Shown: positions 8,718 through 18,133 of the stretch, one piece after another | How the letters are laid out: every line of letters begins with the position of its first letter | Position numbering within the stretch: position 1 is the first letter of the stretch | From: Acidobacteriota bacterium | GTDB taxonomy: Bacteria; Acidobacteriota; Thermoanaerobaculia; Multivoradales; UBA5704 | Reading direction: 5' to 3' | Length of the DNA stretch: 57,247 nucleotides | NCBI GenBank assembly: GCA_040005235.1 | Contig: JBDTZG010000034.1 | Coordinates: 1-57,247, forward strand | Translations under genes and position numbers: made by a program | The notes under the pieces: model-generated | What the model was told of the DNA's origin: nothing | The model's input: only the letters and a program-made list of their open reading frames with translations | Databases searched by the model: none

Positions 8718-9887
8718 CTAAGGTCGGAGCCAGACTATGTGGTGATCAGTCTGGTCGAATTTTGGAGTGCGCTCTTTTCCTTTCAAGCCTGTCACCTCTA
8801 TGAGGCCCGAATTTGTCCACTCCTCGAGCCAAGATTTCAGATCGGATTCCCAAACCAGGGGTGAGCTCAGGGCGATCTCCCAAGCGTCGCTGTAGGCGAT
8901 TCTCCTCCTTTCCCTGAGCGCGCGCTGTACACTCACCTTAGCCTTTCCGAGATAGTGCATCCTGAGCTTATTGTAGTAGATACTTTCGTTAGTCTGGAGG
9001 ATGCCCTGGTCTGCGAATAAGTCTCCCATACCAGTGCTAGCTTCACGCTTTCGAGCTCTCGCGTCGGCTCGAAGCGATTCCATCTTTGCCATCGCCTTCT
9101 TCTCGATCTCTTTAAAGACTCTAACGCCTGTGCGGTGTCGAGTCAGGTAGATCAAATGAAAATGAGTTCTGGCTTTCTCAGGATGAATCACGATAGCCGT
9201 GCGTGCGAAGGCGAAGCGTCCTGCCTCTCTTACTCGGTCTGCGTAAATCCCCACTAAAGTGTCGTCACGTTCGTCGCCATGAAGCCCTTCAAACCATTCA
9301 CGATAGCCGGCAGACCCAAATAGTTGCGCGAAACTCGACTGCGTCTCGCCCTGCTCGACGAATCTGCGGATGAAGCTTGTCATGAAGTTGATTAGGACTT
9401 CGCCCGGACTCACCCGCAGTAGAGGTGAAATCGTATCCAGTGAAAAGCCTGTCCAGCCAGTAGGGTCAATGAAGAAAAACGGAAAAGTGTTTGGTCCTCC
9501 CTGCTTTACGAACTGGAGGATTGCGTCAATAGATTCCTCGAATCTTTTGTTCTCGGTTTTGATCTCCGCATCTCCCACCCGGGCGGCGAAGGCCTCCAAC
9601 TCTCGGTATGCTCGTGGATCCTTCTCAAGAAAAAAACACCGGATCTGCCTCTTGTTGCCGAGTCGATCATGAGTTCCTTGAGCCTTTCTCAACTCGCTTA
9701 ACGCTATAGAAAACGAGCTGTCTTCGTGATCAGCCGATCGGTCCTGCCACGGCCCGGAAAAGCAGTCAACATAGGTGATCGATTCAAATCTTTTGTAGAT
9801 GATGTGCGCGAATCGTTCCAGATAGTTCTTTAAGATCAGATGCTTGACGAGAGTCTGTTCGCGTCCGACGTACCCTTCCTCTTTCAT
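8718..9887 (-). CDS. tcmP: Three-Cys-motif partner protein TcmP (methyltransferase-like fold)
   Basis: QTLVKHLILKNYL, YVDCFSGP, FFFIDPTGW and EVLINFM motifs. Adjacent to DUF5131. Confidence 0.85.
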   Translation of the reverse strand: MKEEGYVGREQTLVKHLILKNYLERFAHIIYKRFESITYVDCFSGPWQDRSADHEDSSFSIALSELRKAQGTHDRLGNKRQIRCFFLEKDPRAYRELEAFAARVGDAEIKTENKRFEESIDAILQFVKQGGPNTFPFFFIDPTGWTGFSLDTISPLLRVSPGEVLINFMTSFIRRFVEQGETQSSFAQLFGSAGYREWFEGLHGDERDDTLVGIYADRVREAGRFAFARTAIVIHPEKARTHFHLIYLTRHRTGVRVFKEIEKKAMAKMESLRADARARKREASTGMGDLFADQGILQTNESIYYNKLRMHYLGKAKVSVQRALRERRRIAYSDAWEIALSSPLVWESDLKSWLEEWTNSGLIEVTGLKGKERTPKFDQTDHHIVWLRP

Positions 9888-9896
9888 TCGTGGCTC

Positions 9897-10703
9897 TCAT
9901 ATAAAGGTCATGGCGCTTTCTGCGACTTCCCGGAGCGCGTCAGGCCATGATGGTGAGTCTGCAACCACTGTTCGCTTCAAAGGCTTCGGGAACTCGTCGT
10001 AGGTTCGACCTTGGAGAATTCTGCCGGTCTTCGACTTCTGACGGCCGCCCCATTGTTTGAAAAAGAAGGGCACTTTGGCGTGTCGGCACTGTTCAAGTAC
10101 TTCGAGGATCCACTCTTCCTTAACCGGCCGCGCCTTCGCGCCGCTTTCTCCACCAACGATCACCCAATCGATCCCTGTTAAGTCGAATGGTCCAAGCGCT
10201 TCAAGGAGAGGCTCGACCGACAAGAATTTCAATTTTGCAGGAGCATTTCTTAGGTGATCGACTCGAGGGAGTCCCTGTTTCTGATTCTCGACGCTGACTC
10301 CCCACCAAACGTGAGGAAGTTGGGCGGCAAATCGGAGTTTGGATGTCAGTAGCGAGCTGAGGCGCTCGGATCTCTTGGTCAGCACTTGATAGGTATGCCA
10401 ATGCGCGAGCTGCATGACACGGGCTACGGACACAATGTACTCATCCGGCACTCTTTCGTGAAAGAGGTCGCTCATCGAGTTCACGAAAATCTTGCGGGGT
10501 CGCTTCCAGAGCAGTGGTTGGCTGAGCTTCGTAGGAACCAGTCGCAGATCAAAGCCTTGCTCGTAGGGATGACCGGGAACGCCACGGAATCTCTCGGCAA
10601 ATGTTTCCGCATAGCAAAATGCGCAGCCGGCGCTGACTTTCGTACAGCCCCGCACAGGATTCCAGGTTGCTTCAGTCCATTCAATCGAAGAGTTCTCGCT
10701 CAT
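9897..10703 (-). CDS. DUF5131 (phage Gp37/Gp68-like) three-Cys protein
   Basis: SIEWTEATWNPVRGCTKVSAGCAFCYAE, FVNSMSDLFHE, WVIVGGESG and PFFFKQWGG. Confidence 0.93.
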   Translation of the reverse strand: MSENSSIEWTEATWNPVRGCTKVSAGCAFCYAETFAERFRGVPGHPYEQGFDLRLVPTKLSQPLLWKRPRKIFVNSMSDLFHERVPDEYIVSVARVMQLAHWHTYQVLTKRSERLSSLLTSKLRFAAQLPHVWWGVSVENQKQGLPRVDHLRNAPAKLKFLSVEPLLEALGPFDLTGIDWVIVGGESGAKARPVKEEWILEVLEQCRHAKVPFFFKQWGGRQKSKTGRILQGRTYDEFPKPLKRTVVADSPSWPDALREVAESAMTFI

Positions 10704-10796
10704 GACCGATTCCTCGGAGTGCCGATAATAGGTGAAACTAGGGCGTAAATCAAGAGTGATAGGTATGCAATGCGGTGCGGTTTTCAGCGCCGCGCC

Positions 10797-11810
10797 CTAC
10801 TCTCCCACTTCGGCCAGCCGGTCGATCAGGTCGACGACCCGGTTCGAATAGCCCCACTCATTGTCATACCAGGCGACGACTTTGACGAAACCGTCTCCCT
10901 TCGCTTGGGTGGAGAGGGCGTCGAAGACGGAGGAGTGCGGGTTGCCGATGATGTCGGAGGAGACGAGCGGCACCTCGCTGTACTCGACGATGCGGAGGAA
11001 CGGTCCCTCGGCTGCCGAGCGGATGGCGGCGTTCACCTCGGATACGTTCGGCTTGGCATTCAGGCGGCAGACCAAGTCGATCGTCGAGCCGTCGGGGACC
11101 GGCACGCGCATCGCCAGGCCGTCCAGCTTGCCTTTTAGCTTCGGCAGCACCTGGCCCACCGCGCGCGCGGCGCCGGTAGTCGTCGGGATGATGTTCTGAG
11201 CCGCCGCCCGGCTGCGGCGGAAATCCTTGTGCGGCACGTCGGCGAGACGCTGGTCGTTGGTATAGGCATGGACCGTCGTCAGGAAGCCTTCGACGATGCC
11301 GAAAGAATCGTCGAGGATCTTTGCGATCGGTGCCAGGCAGTTGGTGGTGCACGAGGCGTTCGAGACTATCTTGTGCGCCGGGAGAAGCGTGTCGTCGTTC
11401 ACCCCGATGACGATCGTGGCGTCGATCTCGTCCTTGGCCGGTACCGTCAAGATCACCTTCTTCGCCCCGGCTGCGAGGTGCTTTTCGAGCTTCTCCCGCT
11501 TGGTGAACACACCGGAGGCTTCAATCACCAGATCGGCGCCCAGCGCGCCCCAGGGGATCAGCGCCGGATCGCGTTCCGCGGTCATCGCGATCTTCCGGTC
11601 GTCGACGTAGAGGAAATCCGCGTCGCTGCGCACGGTGCGCGGAAAGGTCCGCATCAGCGAGTCGTATTTCAACAGATAGGCGAGCTGTTCGTTTTCGTAG
11701 AGGTCGTTGATCGCCACCACTTCGAGATCGGGGCGCTCGGCGAGGATGCGAAACACGCTCCGGCCGATGCGGCCGAAACCGTTGATGCCGATTCGGGTCT
11801 TGGTGCTCAT
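10797..11810 (-). CDS. gap: Type I glyceraldehyde-3-phosphate dehydrogenase
   Basis: INGFGRIGR, SNASCTTNCLAP and WYDNEWGYSNRVVDL. Confidence 0.95.
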   Translation of the reverse strand: MSTKTRIGINGFGRIGRSVFRILAERPDLEVVAINDLYENEQLAYLLKYDSLMRTFPRTVRSDADFLYVDDRKIAMTAERDPALIPWGALGADLVIEASGVFTKREKLEKHLAAGAKKVILTVPAKDEIDATIVIGVNDDTLLPAHKIVSNASCTTNCLAPIAKILDDSFGIVEGFLTTVHAYTNDQRLADVPHKDFRRSRAAAQNIIPTTTGAARAVGQVLPKLKGKLDGLAMRVPVPDGSTIDLVCRLNAKPNVSEVNAAIRSAAEGPFLRIVEYSEVPLVSSDIIGNPHSSVFDALSTQAKGDGFVKVVAWYDNEWGYSNRVVDLIDRLAEVGE

Positions 11811-11813
11811 CTC

Positions 11814-12839
11814 TTAAGCCTCCCCGGCGTCGAGCGCGCGGAACTTCCGCAGCAGATCCACCACGCGGTGCGTGTATCCCCAGCCGTTGTCGAACCAGGA
11901 GAGGGTCTTCGATACCTTTTCACCCAGCACCATGGTGAGCAGCGAGTCGAAGGTGGAGGAATAGGTGCTGCGGATGATGTCGGACGAGACGATCGGATCG
12001 TCCTCGTAGGCCAGGATGTCGCGCCAGCGCTCGCTTTCGGCCGCCGCGCGCATCACCTCGTTGATCGCCGCTACGGTGACCGGTTTTTCGTGCCAGCAGA
12101 CCAGATCGACTACCGAGCCGTTCCCGACCGGCACGTTCATCGCCGATCCGGAGATCTTCCCGGCGAGTTCCGGTAACAACCCCATCAACACCTCGGCCGA
12201 GTTGCTGCTCTGGGGAATGATGTTTTCCGCCGCCGCGCGCCCCCGGCGCGGTTCGTCGGACGGCACGTCGGCCAGCCGTTGCTGGCTGGTGTAGGCGTGG
12301 ACGGTCGACAGAAACGCCCGCTCGATGCCGAACCCCTCGCCCAGGATCTGGAGCAGCGGAGCGGCGGCGTGGGCGGTACACGAGGCGTTCGAGACCAGCC
12401 GATGCTCGGGCCGCAAGTCGCCGTCGTTGACCCCCATCACCACCGTCAGGTCGGGCGGATCGGAGGGGGGCGAGCAGAGGATGACCCGTTTCGCCCCCCG
12501 TTCCAGATGCTTTTCGATCTCGGCGCGCGAGCGAAACCTTGAGGTCGCCTCGATCACCGTTTCGACCCCCAGGTCGCCCCACGGCACGTCGCCCGGCTTT
12601 TCGCCCGAGAGCATTGGAATGCTGCGGTCGGCGACGTGTAGGTTACCGTCGTCCTGGATCGAGATTTTCTCGGGAAAGACCCCGAGGATCGTATCGAAGC
12701 GCAGCAGGTAGGCGAGCGCCGCGTGGTCGGCGATGTCGCTGATCGCGGCGATTGGAAATTCGTCGCTCGAATAGAGGATCCGGAACAGGTTCCGTCCGAC
12801 CCTCCCGAGCCCCATGAGTCCGATGCGGTGGGGCGTCAT
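11814..12839 (-). CDS. Divergent GAPDH-family paralogue
   Basis: GLMGLGRVGR, SNASCTAHAAAP, VHAYT and WFDNGWGYTHRVVDL. 3-nt gap to gap. Confidence 0.9.
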   Translation of the reverse strand: MTPHRIGLMGLGRVGRNLFRILYSSDEFPIAAISDIADHAALAYLLRFDTILGVFPEKISIQDDGNLHVADRSIPMLSGEKPGDVPWGDLGVETVIEATSRFRSRAEIEKHLERGAKRVILCSPPSDPPDLTVVMGVNDGDLRPEHRLVSNASCTAHAAAPLLQILGEGFGIERAFLSTVHAYTSQQRLADVPSDEPRRGRAAAENIIPQSSNSAEVLMGLLPELAGKISGSAMNVPVGNGSVVDLVCWHEKPVTVAAINEVMRAAAESERWRDILAYEDDPIVSSDIIRSTYSSTFDSLLTMVLGEKVSKTLSWFDNGWGYTHRVVDLLRKFRALDAGEA

Positions 12840-13027
12840 GCCTAGACTCCTCCTCTACTTGGCCGTGCGGTCGCGTCGGGCGTGTCGCCCGAATCTCCGC
12901 CAATGGTAGCCCGACGAGCCCTGCGCGAGGGAGCGTCCATGGAACGAAACGGTTTGGCGACACGTTTCGGAGTGCGGCGAGGTGGCAATCCGGGCGATCC
13001 TGCGCCAGGATCTAAGGAGACGCCGAC

Positions 13028-14209
13028 ATGTTGACCGCAACCGCCATGACCCAGAGCCCCAAGATGACCCCTCTCTCGAACCCGAAACGGACGTTGGAAA
13101 GCCCGCCGGACTTGCCCACGGCCAAAAACCTCGACGAAGAGGCCGCCTGGGCGGCGGTCGTCGCCCGCGACCGGGGGCAAGACGGCCGTTTCGTCTTCGC
13201 GGTCGCCTCGACCGGAATCTACTGTCGGCCCTCCTGCCCGGCCCGCCGGCCAGCGCGCGAGCGGGTGGCGTTCTTCGCCGAACCGACGGAAGCGATTACC
13301 GCGGGATTCCGCGCCTGTCGACGCTGCCGGCCGGGGGAGGTGGCCACCGATACGGCGCTCGCTGGAAAAGTCCGGGCGCTGCTCGACGAAGCGGCCGAAG
13401 ACGCCGAAGGGGGCTCGCCCACGCTCGCCCGGCTCGGCCGCGAGGTGGGCGCGAGCCCCTCGCACCTGCAACGGATCTTCACCCGCGTCCTCGGCATTTC
13501 GCCGCGCGAATACCTGGCTGCCCGCCGGGCCGAGCGCCTCAAAGGCCACCTGCGCTCCGGAGGCTCGGTGACCGATGCCCTCTACGATGCGGGCTACAGC
13601 GGATCGAGCCGCCTCTACGAACAGGCGGACGGCCGTCTCGGAATGCCCCCGGGTGCCTACCGCCGGGGTGGAGAGGGGATCAAGCTCCGCTTTACGATCG
13701 CGGAATCGACTCTCGGCCGCGTTCTGCTCGCCGCGACGGAACGGGGAATCGCCGCGGTTGCCCTCGGCGACTCGGAAGAGGCGCTCGAAGGCGACCTCCG
13801 ACGCGAATACCCGAATGCCGAAATCACCCGCCACGCCACGCCGGCCACGTCCGATCCGGAGCTGTCCGCCTGGACCACCCCCGTCCTCGCCGCCCTCGAA
13901 GGGGCAAGCGCCGATCTGGCCGATCTGCCGCTCGATCTCATGACCCTCCGGGCCAGCGCCTTCGCCTACCGCGTCTGGCGCGAGCTGCGAAAGATCCCAC
14001 GCGGCGAAACCCGCACCTACGGAGAGATTTCCGCCGCGATCGGAAGTCCAGGAGCCGCCCGGGCGGTCGGCACCGCCTGCGCCTCGAACCCGGCCGCGCT
14101 GGTTATCCCCTGCCACCGCGTCGTCCGGGGAGACGGAGAGGCCGGCGGCTACCGCTGGGGCCGGGAGCGGAAAGAGCGGCTGCTTGCGCGGGAGGGGGGA
14201 AGGGGCTGA
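13028..14209 (+). CDS. ada: Bifunctional Ada transcriptional regulator / O6-methylguanine-DNA methyltransferase
   Basis: Zn domain TGIYCRPSC...GFRACRRC, AraC-type HTH and C-terminal IPCHRV. Exact start uncertain. Confidence 0.93.
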   Translation: MLTATAMTQSPKMTPLSNPKRTLESPPDLPTAKNLDEEAAWAAVVARDRGQDGRFVFAVASTGIYCRPSCPARRPARERVAFFAEPTEAITAGFRACRRCRPGEVATDTALAGKVRALLDEAAEDAEGGSPTLARLGREVGASPSHLQRIFTRVLGISPREYLAARRAERLKGHLRSGGSVTDALYDAGYSGSSRLYEQADGRLGMPPGAYRRGGEGIKLRFTIAESTLGRVLLAATERGIAAVALGDSEEALEGDLRREYPNAEITRHATPATSDPELSAWTTPVLAALEGASADLADLPLDLMTLRASAFAYRVWRELRKIPRGETRTYGEISAAIGSPGAARAVGTACASNPAALVIPCHRVVRGDGEAGGYRWGRERKERLLAREGGRG

Positions 14210-14218
14210 ACGATTACG

Positions 14219-14242
14219 AGCGAGGGAGTTGACTCCCTCGCT
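14219..14242. repeat. REP-like palindrome / possible terminator after ada
   Basis: AGCGAGGGAGT-TG-ACTCCCTCGCT, a perfect 11-bp inverted repeat. Confidence 0.6.
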
Positions 14243-14244
14243 GC

Positions 14245-14265
14245 GTGTAGCACATATGCTACACT
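14245..14265 (+). promoter_or_regulatory. Probable TA autoregulatory operator overlapping an extended -10
   Basis: GTGTAGCA-CATA-TGCTACAC is a perfect 8-bp inverted repeat overlapping TGcTACACT (14257-14265). Confidence 0.7.
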
Positions 14266-14272
14266 GATGGTG

Positions 14273-14530
14273 ATGAAGACGATACCTCAGCGCGAGCTTA
14301 GGAACCGCAGCGGTGAAATCCTGCGGCAGGCCGAATCCGGGGAGCGGTTTACCATCACCGTAGAGGGTCGGCCGGTGGCTATGCTCGGGCCGTTCCAGAA
14401 GCGACAGTGGATCGCCAAGGAGGAGTTCCTCCGGATTCTAGGAGCGCACCCTCCCGACACCACCCTTCTTGACGACATCGCGGAGATGGGGGGCGATGTA
14501 GGCGACTTGAGCGATCCATGGACGAGTTGA
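14273..14530 (+). CDS. Phd/YefM-family antitoxin
   Basis: MKTIPQRELRNRSGEILRQAESGERFTITVEGRPVAMLGP. Alternative start at 14267. Confidence 0.9.
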   Translation: MKTIPQRELRNRSGEILRQAESGERFTITVEGRPVAMLGPFQKRQWIAKEEFLRILGAHPPDTTLLDDIAEMGGDVGDLSDPWTS

Positions 14531-14925
14531 GCCGGGGTCTGCTCGACACTTCCGTCCTTATCGCCCAGCTCGACGATCCACAAGTAGGTCGGGCGCTTCC
14601 CAAAGAAGTGTCGATTTCTGTGGCCACGCTCGCCGAGCTCCATTTCGGCGTGCTGGTGGCCCGAGACGAGATCACGCGCCGCCAGCGTTTACAGAGACTC
14701 GGATCGGTCGAGGCCATTTTTCAGCCGATTCCCATCGACCCGCCAGTCGCCCGCGCCTTCGCGGCCATTGCCCATGCCGTCAAGATCTCGGGTCGACAAC
14801 CGCGGTCACGGGTCATGGACCTTTGGATCGCGGCGACCGCGCTGGCTCACAGGCTTACCCTTTTTACCCGAAACCCTTCTGATTTCATGGGCTTGGAGGA
14901 GCTGATCGAAGTCCGGGTCGGCTGA
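14518..14925 (+). CDS. vapC: VapC-family PIN toxin
   Basis: LLDTSVLI, SVATLAEL, DLWIAATALAH and TRNPSDF. Confidence 0.9.
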   Translation: MDELSRGLLDTSVLIAQLDDPQVGRALPKEVSISVATLAELHFGVLVARDEITRRQRLQRLGSVEAIFQPIPIDPPVARAFAAIAHAVKISGRQPRSRVMDLWIAATALAHRLTLFTRNPSDFMGLEELIEVRVG

Positions 14926-14952
14926 AGCGATCTCGATCTGAGCTGGGACCCC

Positions 14953-16132
14953 TTACACCAACTCCCGCAGCACCATCCCCACCGCCCGCTCCTTCCCTTT
15001 CTTGCCCTTCACGGTCAGGCCGACCTTCGTCCCTTCCGGATCGTTCGCCAGCCGAATCCGCAAATCGGGGAGAGCGATCTCGGTCGCTTTCTTGCCGTCG
15101 ATTGCGACAATCAAGTCGTCGACCTTGAGGCCCGCTTTCGCGGCGGGACCTCCGGCCGCCACGTCCTTCACCCGTAGGCCCTCCGGGTCGGTCAGCAGCC
15201 AGATTCCGGCGCGGTCGTAGGCGTCGTGGGTTTTGGCATTGCTGTTGGGTTTCAGATACATCACCTGCTTGCCGTAGTCGAACGTGACGTCGAAGCGCTT
15301 GAGCAGGCCGCCGCCGATGTTTCCGGCGAGGTTGGATTTGGCCATCGCTCCTTTTTTCTGGAGCGAGAAGCCGGTGACGATGTTTTCGATCGAGACCGAT
15401 CCTGTTCCCTCGGGTCCCGTGCCCAGTTCCAGTTTTCCGAGCCGGGTGACGCGGCTCTTCGCCGCTCCTCCCACCCCCCAGCCGGTCGTCGATTCGATTG
15501 CCTCCGGGTGCTTGGCGTGCAGGCCGTGCTCTGCCACGAATGGGGCGTTGAGGTCTAAGGTCGAGCGGCTGCCGGTGTCGATCGTGAAGAGGCCGGGCAG
15601 GCCGTCGATCTTCCCTTCGATTTGGGGCGTCTCGCTCTCAAAAGTGAACGGGATCGCGACCGTGTCTTTGGGAGCCACGAATTCGGCCGGCGTGGTGAAG
15701 TTGATCATGCCGCCGTCGTAATCGACTTCGGTGATCAGACGCTTCAACAGCTCGTAGCCGATGATGCCGGAGACCGGCAGCCCTTCCACCTTCGACATCT
15801 CCGAGATCGGAAAGATGTAGAACAGTTGATCGCGGAACAGCACGCCGCCGAGCTTGACCGACGCGACGCGGACGACGGCGATCTCCTCGGATTTTTCGCC
15901 GACGCCCCCTCCTTGAAAGGCTCCCCACGAATGAGCGTTCGTTTTCGGTGCGTGTGCCCAACGGTTCGAGCGATCCCTTGCGCCGTTCCGGATACAAGTA
16001 CGTGAGCGCGGTGAGATAAGCCCGCTGCATCGCGCTCTCGTAGCTCTCGCCCTTCTCGCTACGGATCACCTGACCGGAAGCCTCGACCGTCCACGCCACC
16101 GCGCCGTCGAAGCCGTCACCTCCGTGCACCAC
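14953..16132 (-). pseudogene. Deleted/frameshifted aspartyl-protease (retropepsin-like) + PDZ protein
   Basis: The 3' part has GIIGYELL, FTIDTGS, GNIGGGLLKRFDVTFDY and a PDZ motif (GGPAAKAGLKVDDLIVAIDG). Its frame extends upstream as GAFQGGGVGEKSEEIAVVRV. An N-terminal-like segment (GFDGAVAWTVEASGQV) lies in another frame. No first DTG motif and no signal peptide. Confidence 0.7.
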
Positions 16133-16139
16133 CTAAGAA

Positions 16140-16190
16140 GCGTCCCGGCCAGGGACGCCGTAACCTAGCGAGTGACTTTCAGTCACTCGC
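16140..16190. repeat. Double hairpin, REP-like
   Basis: GCGTCCC-GGCCA-GGGACGC (16140-16158) and GCGAGTGACT-TTC-AGTCACTCGC (16168-16190). Confidence 0.55.
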
Positions 16191-17651
16191 GTCTTCCGCC
16201 CGGGCGCCGCGTCGCTCTATGCCACCCTCCGCGATCGCCGCCCGCAGATCCTCCAAACACGCCTCCATCCGGTCGCGGTGAGTGCGGAACGACAGCACGC
16301 AGATGCGGATCGCGAAAGCACCGCGCAGGTGGGTGCCCGAGAGGTAGACCCGGCCGCGGGCGTTGATCCGGTCGAGCAGGTTGCGGTTCCACTCGTTCAG
16401 AATACCGAGGGCCGCGCCTTCGAGACCCGGCGGCCGGTGCCGGAAGGCGACGACCGAGAGCTGCGGCTCGGCGAGGATCTCGATCTCGGGAATGACTCGA
16501 AGCTCGTCCGCGGCGAATTGGGTGAGCGCGAGCTTTTCTTCTAGCGCGTCGCGGAACGCCTGGACGCCGTGGAGTTGGAGCGCGAGCCAGAGGCGAAGGC
16601 CGCGGAACGGCTTCGACAGCTCGGGGCTGATCTCGCAGAAGTCGACCAGGTCGGGGTCGCTTTGCAGATAAGGCATGTAGTCCGCGCCGACCGCGTGCGC
16701 CCGGCGGAGGGCCTCGCCGTCGCGGACCAGGAGGGCGCCGATGCCGTAGGGGAGAAACAAGCCCTTGTGCGGATCGATCGAGAGCGAGTCGGCGCGCTCC
16801 AGGCCGCGGAAGGTTTTCTTTCCCGCCTCGGTAAGAAGAAAACAGGCGCCGTAGGCTCCGTCGACGTGCAGCCAGAGTTTTTCTCGCTCGGCGAGGTCGG
16901 CGAGATCCTCCAAGGGATCGACTGCACCGGTGTTCGTGGTGCCGGCGCTCGCGACGAGTAGGAACGGCGTGAGACCAGCCGCCCGGTCGGCAGCGATCCG
17001 CTCGGCGACGAGATCCGGGCGCATCCGGTAAAGGTCGTCGGTCGGGATTTCGCGCACCCGGTCGGGCGGGAAGCCGGCGAGCAGCGCGGCTTTGACCATC
17101 GAGTGGTGGACCTGATCCGAGGCGTAGATCGTGCCGGCGAGAAAATTCTCCGGCAGCCGCTCGCGCCGGGCGACGACCAGGGCGCTCCAGTTCGCGAGCG
17201 AGCCGCCGCTGGTGAAGAAACCGCGCGCCGCGGAGGGAAATCCCGCGAGGCTGCCTAGCCAGGCGAGCGCGTCCGCTTCGAGCTGGGCGAGCGCGGGAGC
17301 CGCGGCGAACACCCCCGTGTAGCGGTTCGCGGTGTCCGCGATCAGATCGGCGAGCGCCGCGGCGAATAGGCCACCGCCCGGGATGTAGGCGAGATACCCG
17401 GGGCCGGCGGTATTGAACGACTTCGGAATCGCCCGGTTAAACAGCAGGTCGAGGATCTCGTCGAACGGCTTGCCGGCCTCCGGCATCGGCCCCGAAATCT
17501 CCCGTGCGAGATCGACTGCGCCGAATACATCCGCGCTTTTCTGGTCGGGGAGCGAATCCAGATGCGGCACGATGCGCGCCATGGCCGCTTCGACTTGGGC
17601 GTGCATTAGGGCGGCGGAGGGTTCGAGCGGGTAGGGGGATTCGGCGGACAT
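16179..17651 (-). CDS. PLP-dependent group II amino-acid decarboxylase (aromatic-AADC-like)
   Basis: FTSGGSLAN, SDQVHHS, AGTTNTGAVDPL, WLHVDGAYG and SIDPHKGLF (PLP lysine). Start set to MSAESP. Confidence 0.9.
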   Translation of the reverse strand: MSAESPYPLEPSAALMHAQVEAAMARIVPHLDSLPDQKSADVFGAVDLAREISGPMPEAGKPFDEILDLLFNRAIPKSFNTAGPGYLAYIPGGGLFAAALADLIADTANRYTGVFAAAPALAQLEADALAWLGSLAGFPSAARGFFTSGGSLANWSALVVARRERLPENFLAGTIYASDQVHHSMVKAALLAGFPPDRVREIPTDDLYRMRPDLVAERIAADRAAGLTPFLLVASAGTTNTGAVDPLEDLADLAEREKLWLHVDGAYGACFLLTEAGKKTFRGLERADSLSIDPHKGLFLPYGIGALLVRDGEALRRAHAVGADYMPYLQSDPDLVDFCEISPELSKPFRGLRLWLALQLHGVQAFRDALEEKLALTQFAADELRVIPEIEILAEPQLSVVAFRHRPPGLEGAALGILNEWNRNLLDRINARGRVYLSGTHLRGAFAIRICVLSFRTHRDRMEACLEDLRAAIAEGGIERRGARAEDASD

Positions 17652-17698
17652 GGCGGGGGATTGTGCCACGCTCGCCCGGCGCCTTCGATTGTTGCCGG

Positions 17699-18076
17699 TC
17701 AGTTCGCGGCCGGCGGATCGATCGCCTTTTCGAGCAACGCCTCGAACGGCACGATCTGAAGCGCGGCCTCGTGGGTCGCCGCGAGCACCACCCCGGGAGC
17801 CCTTCCGGCGAGGTGCGCCTCCAGGAAACGCGAAGCGCAGAGGCACCAACGGTCGCCGGGTTGCAAGCCGGGAAAGCCGAAGTCGGCCATCGGGGTGGAG
17901 AGATCATTGCCGCGCGAAGCGGAGAAGGCGAGAAACTCCGCGGTCACCTGGGTGCAGACGGTATGCGAGGCGCGATCCTCCGGGCCGGTATTGCAGCAGC
18001 CGTCGCGGAAAAAGCCGGTGAGGGGGGCGAGCGAGCAATCTTCGAGGGGCGTGCCGAGGACGTTTTTTGCAGGCAT
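17699..18076 (-). CDS. DUF2237-family protein
   Basis: NVLGTPLEDCS, TGFFRDGCC, GNDLSTP and PGDRWCLCA. Confidence 0.92.
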   Translation of the reverse strand: MPAKNVLGTPLEDCSLAPLTGFFRDGCCNTGPEDRASHTVCTQVTAEFLAFSASRGNDLSTPMADFGFPGLQPGDRWCLCASRFLEAHLAGRAPGVVLAATHEAALQIVPFEALLEKAIDPPAAN

Positions 18077-18133
18077 CTGGGAATCTCCTAACCTTCAGGG
18101 AGGGAGCGTATCCTTTCCCGCAGGAGGTGTCTC

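Noticed and set aside
8718-10703. Prophage, suggested by the Gp37/Gp68 family name
   Set aside because: No structural, integrase or replication phage genes are nearby, and this gene pair commonly occurs outside prophages.
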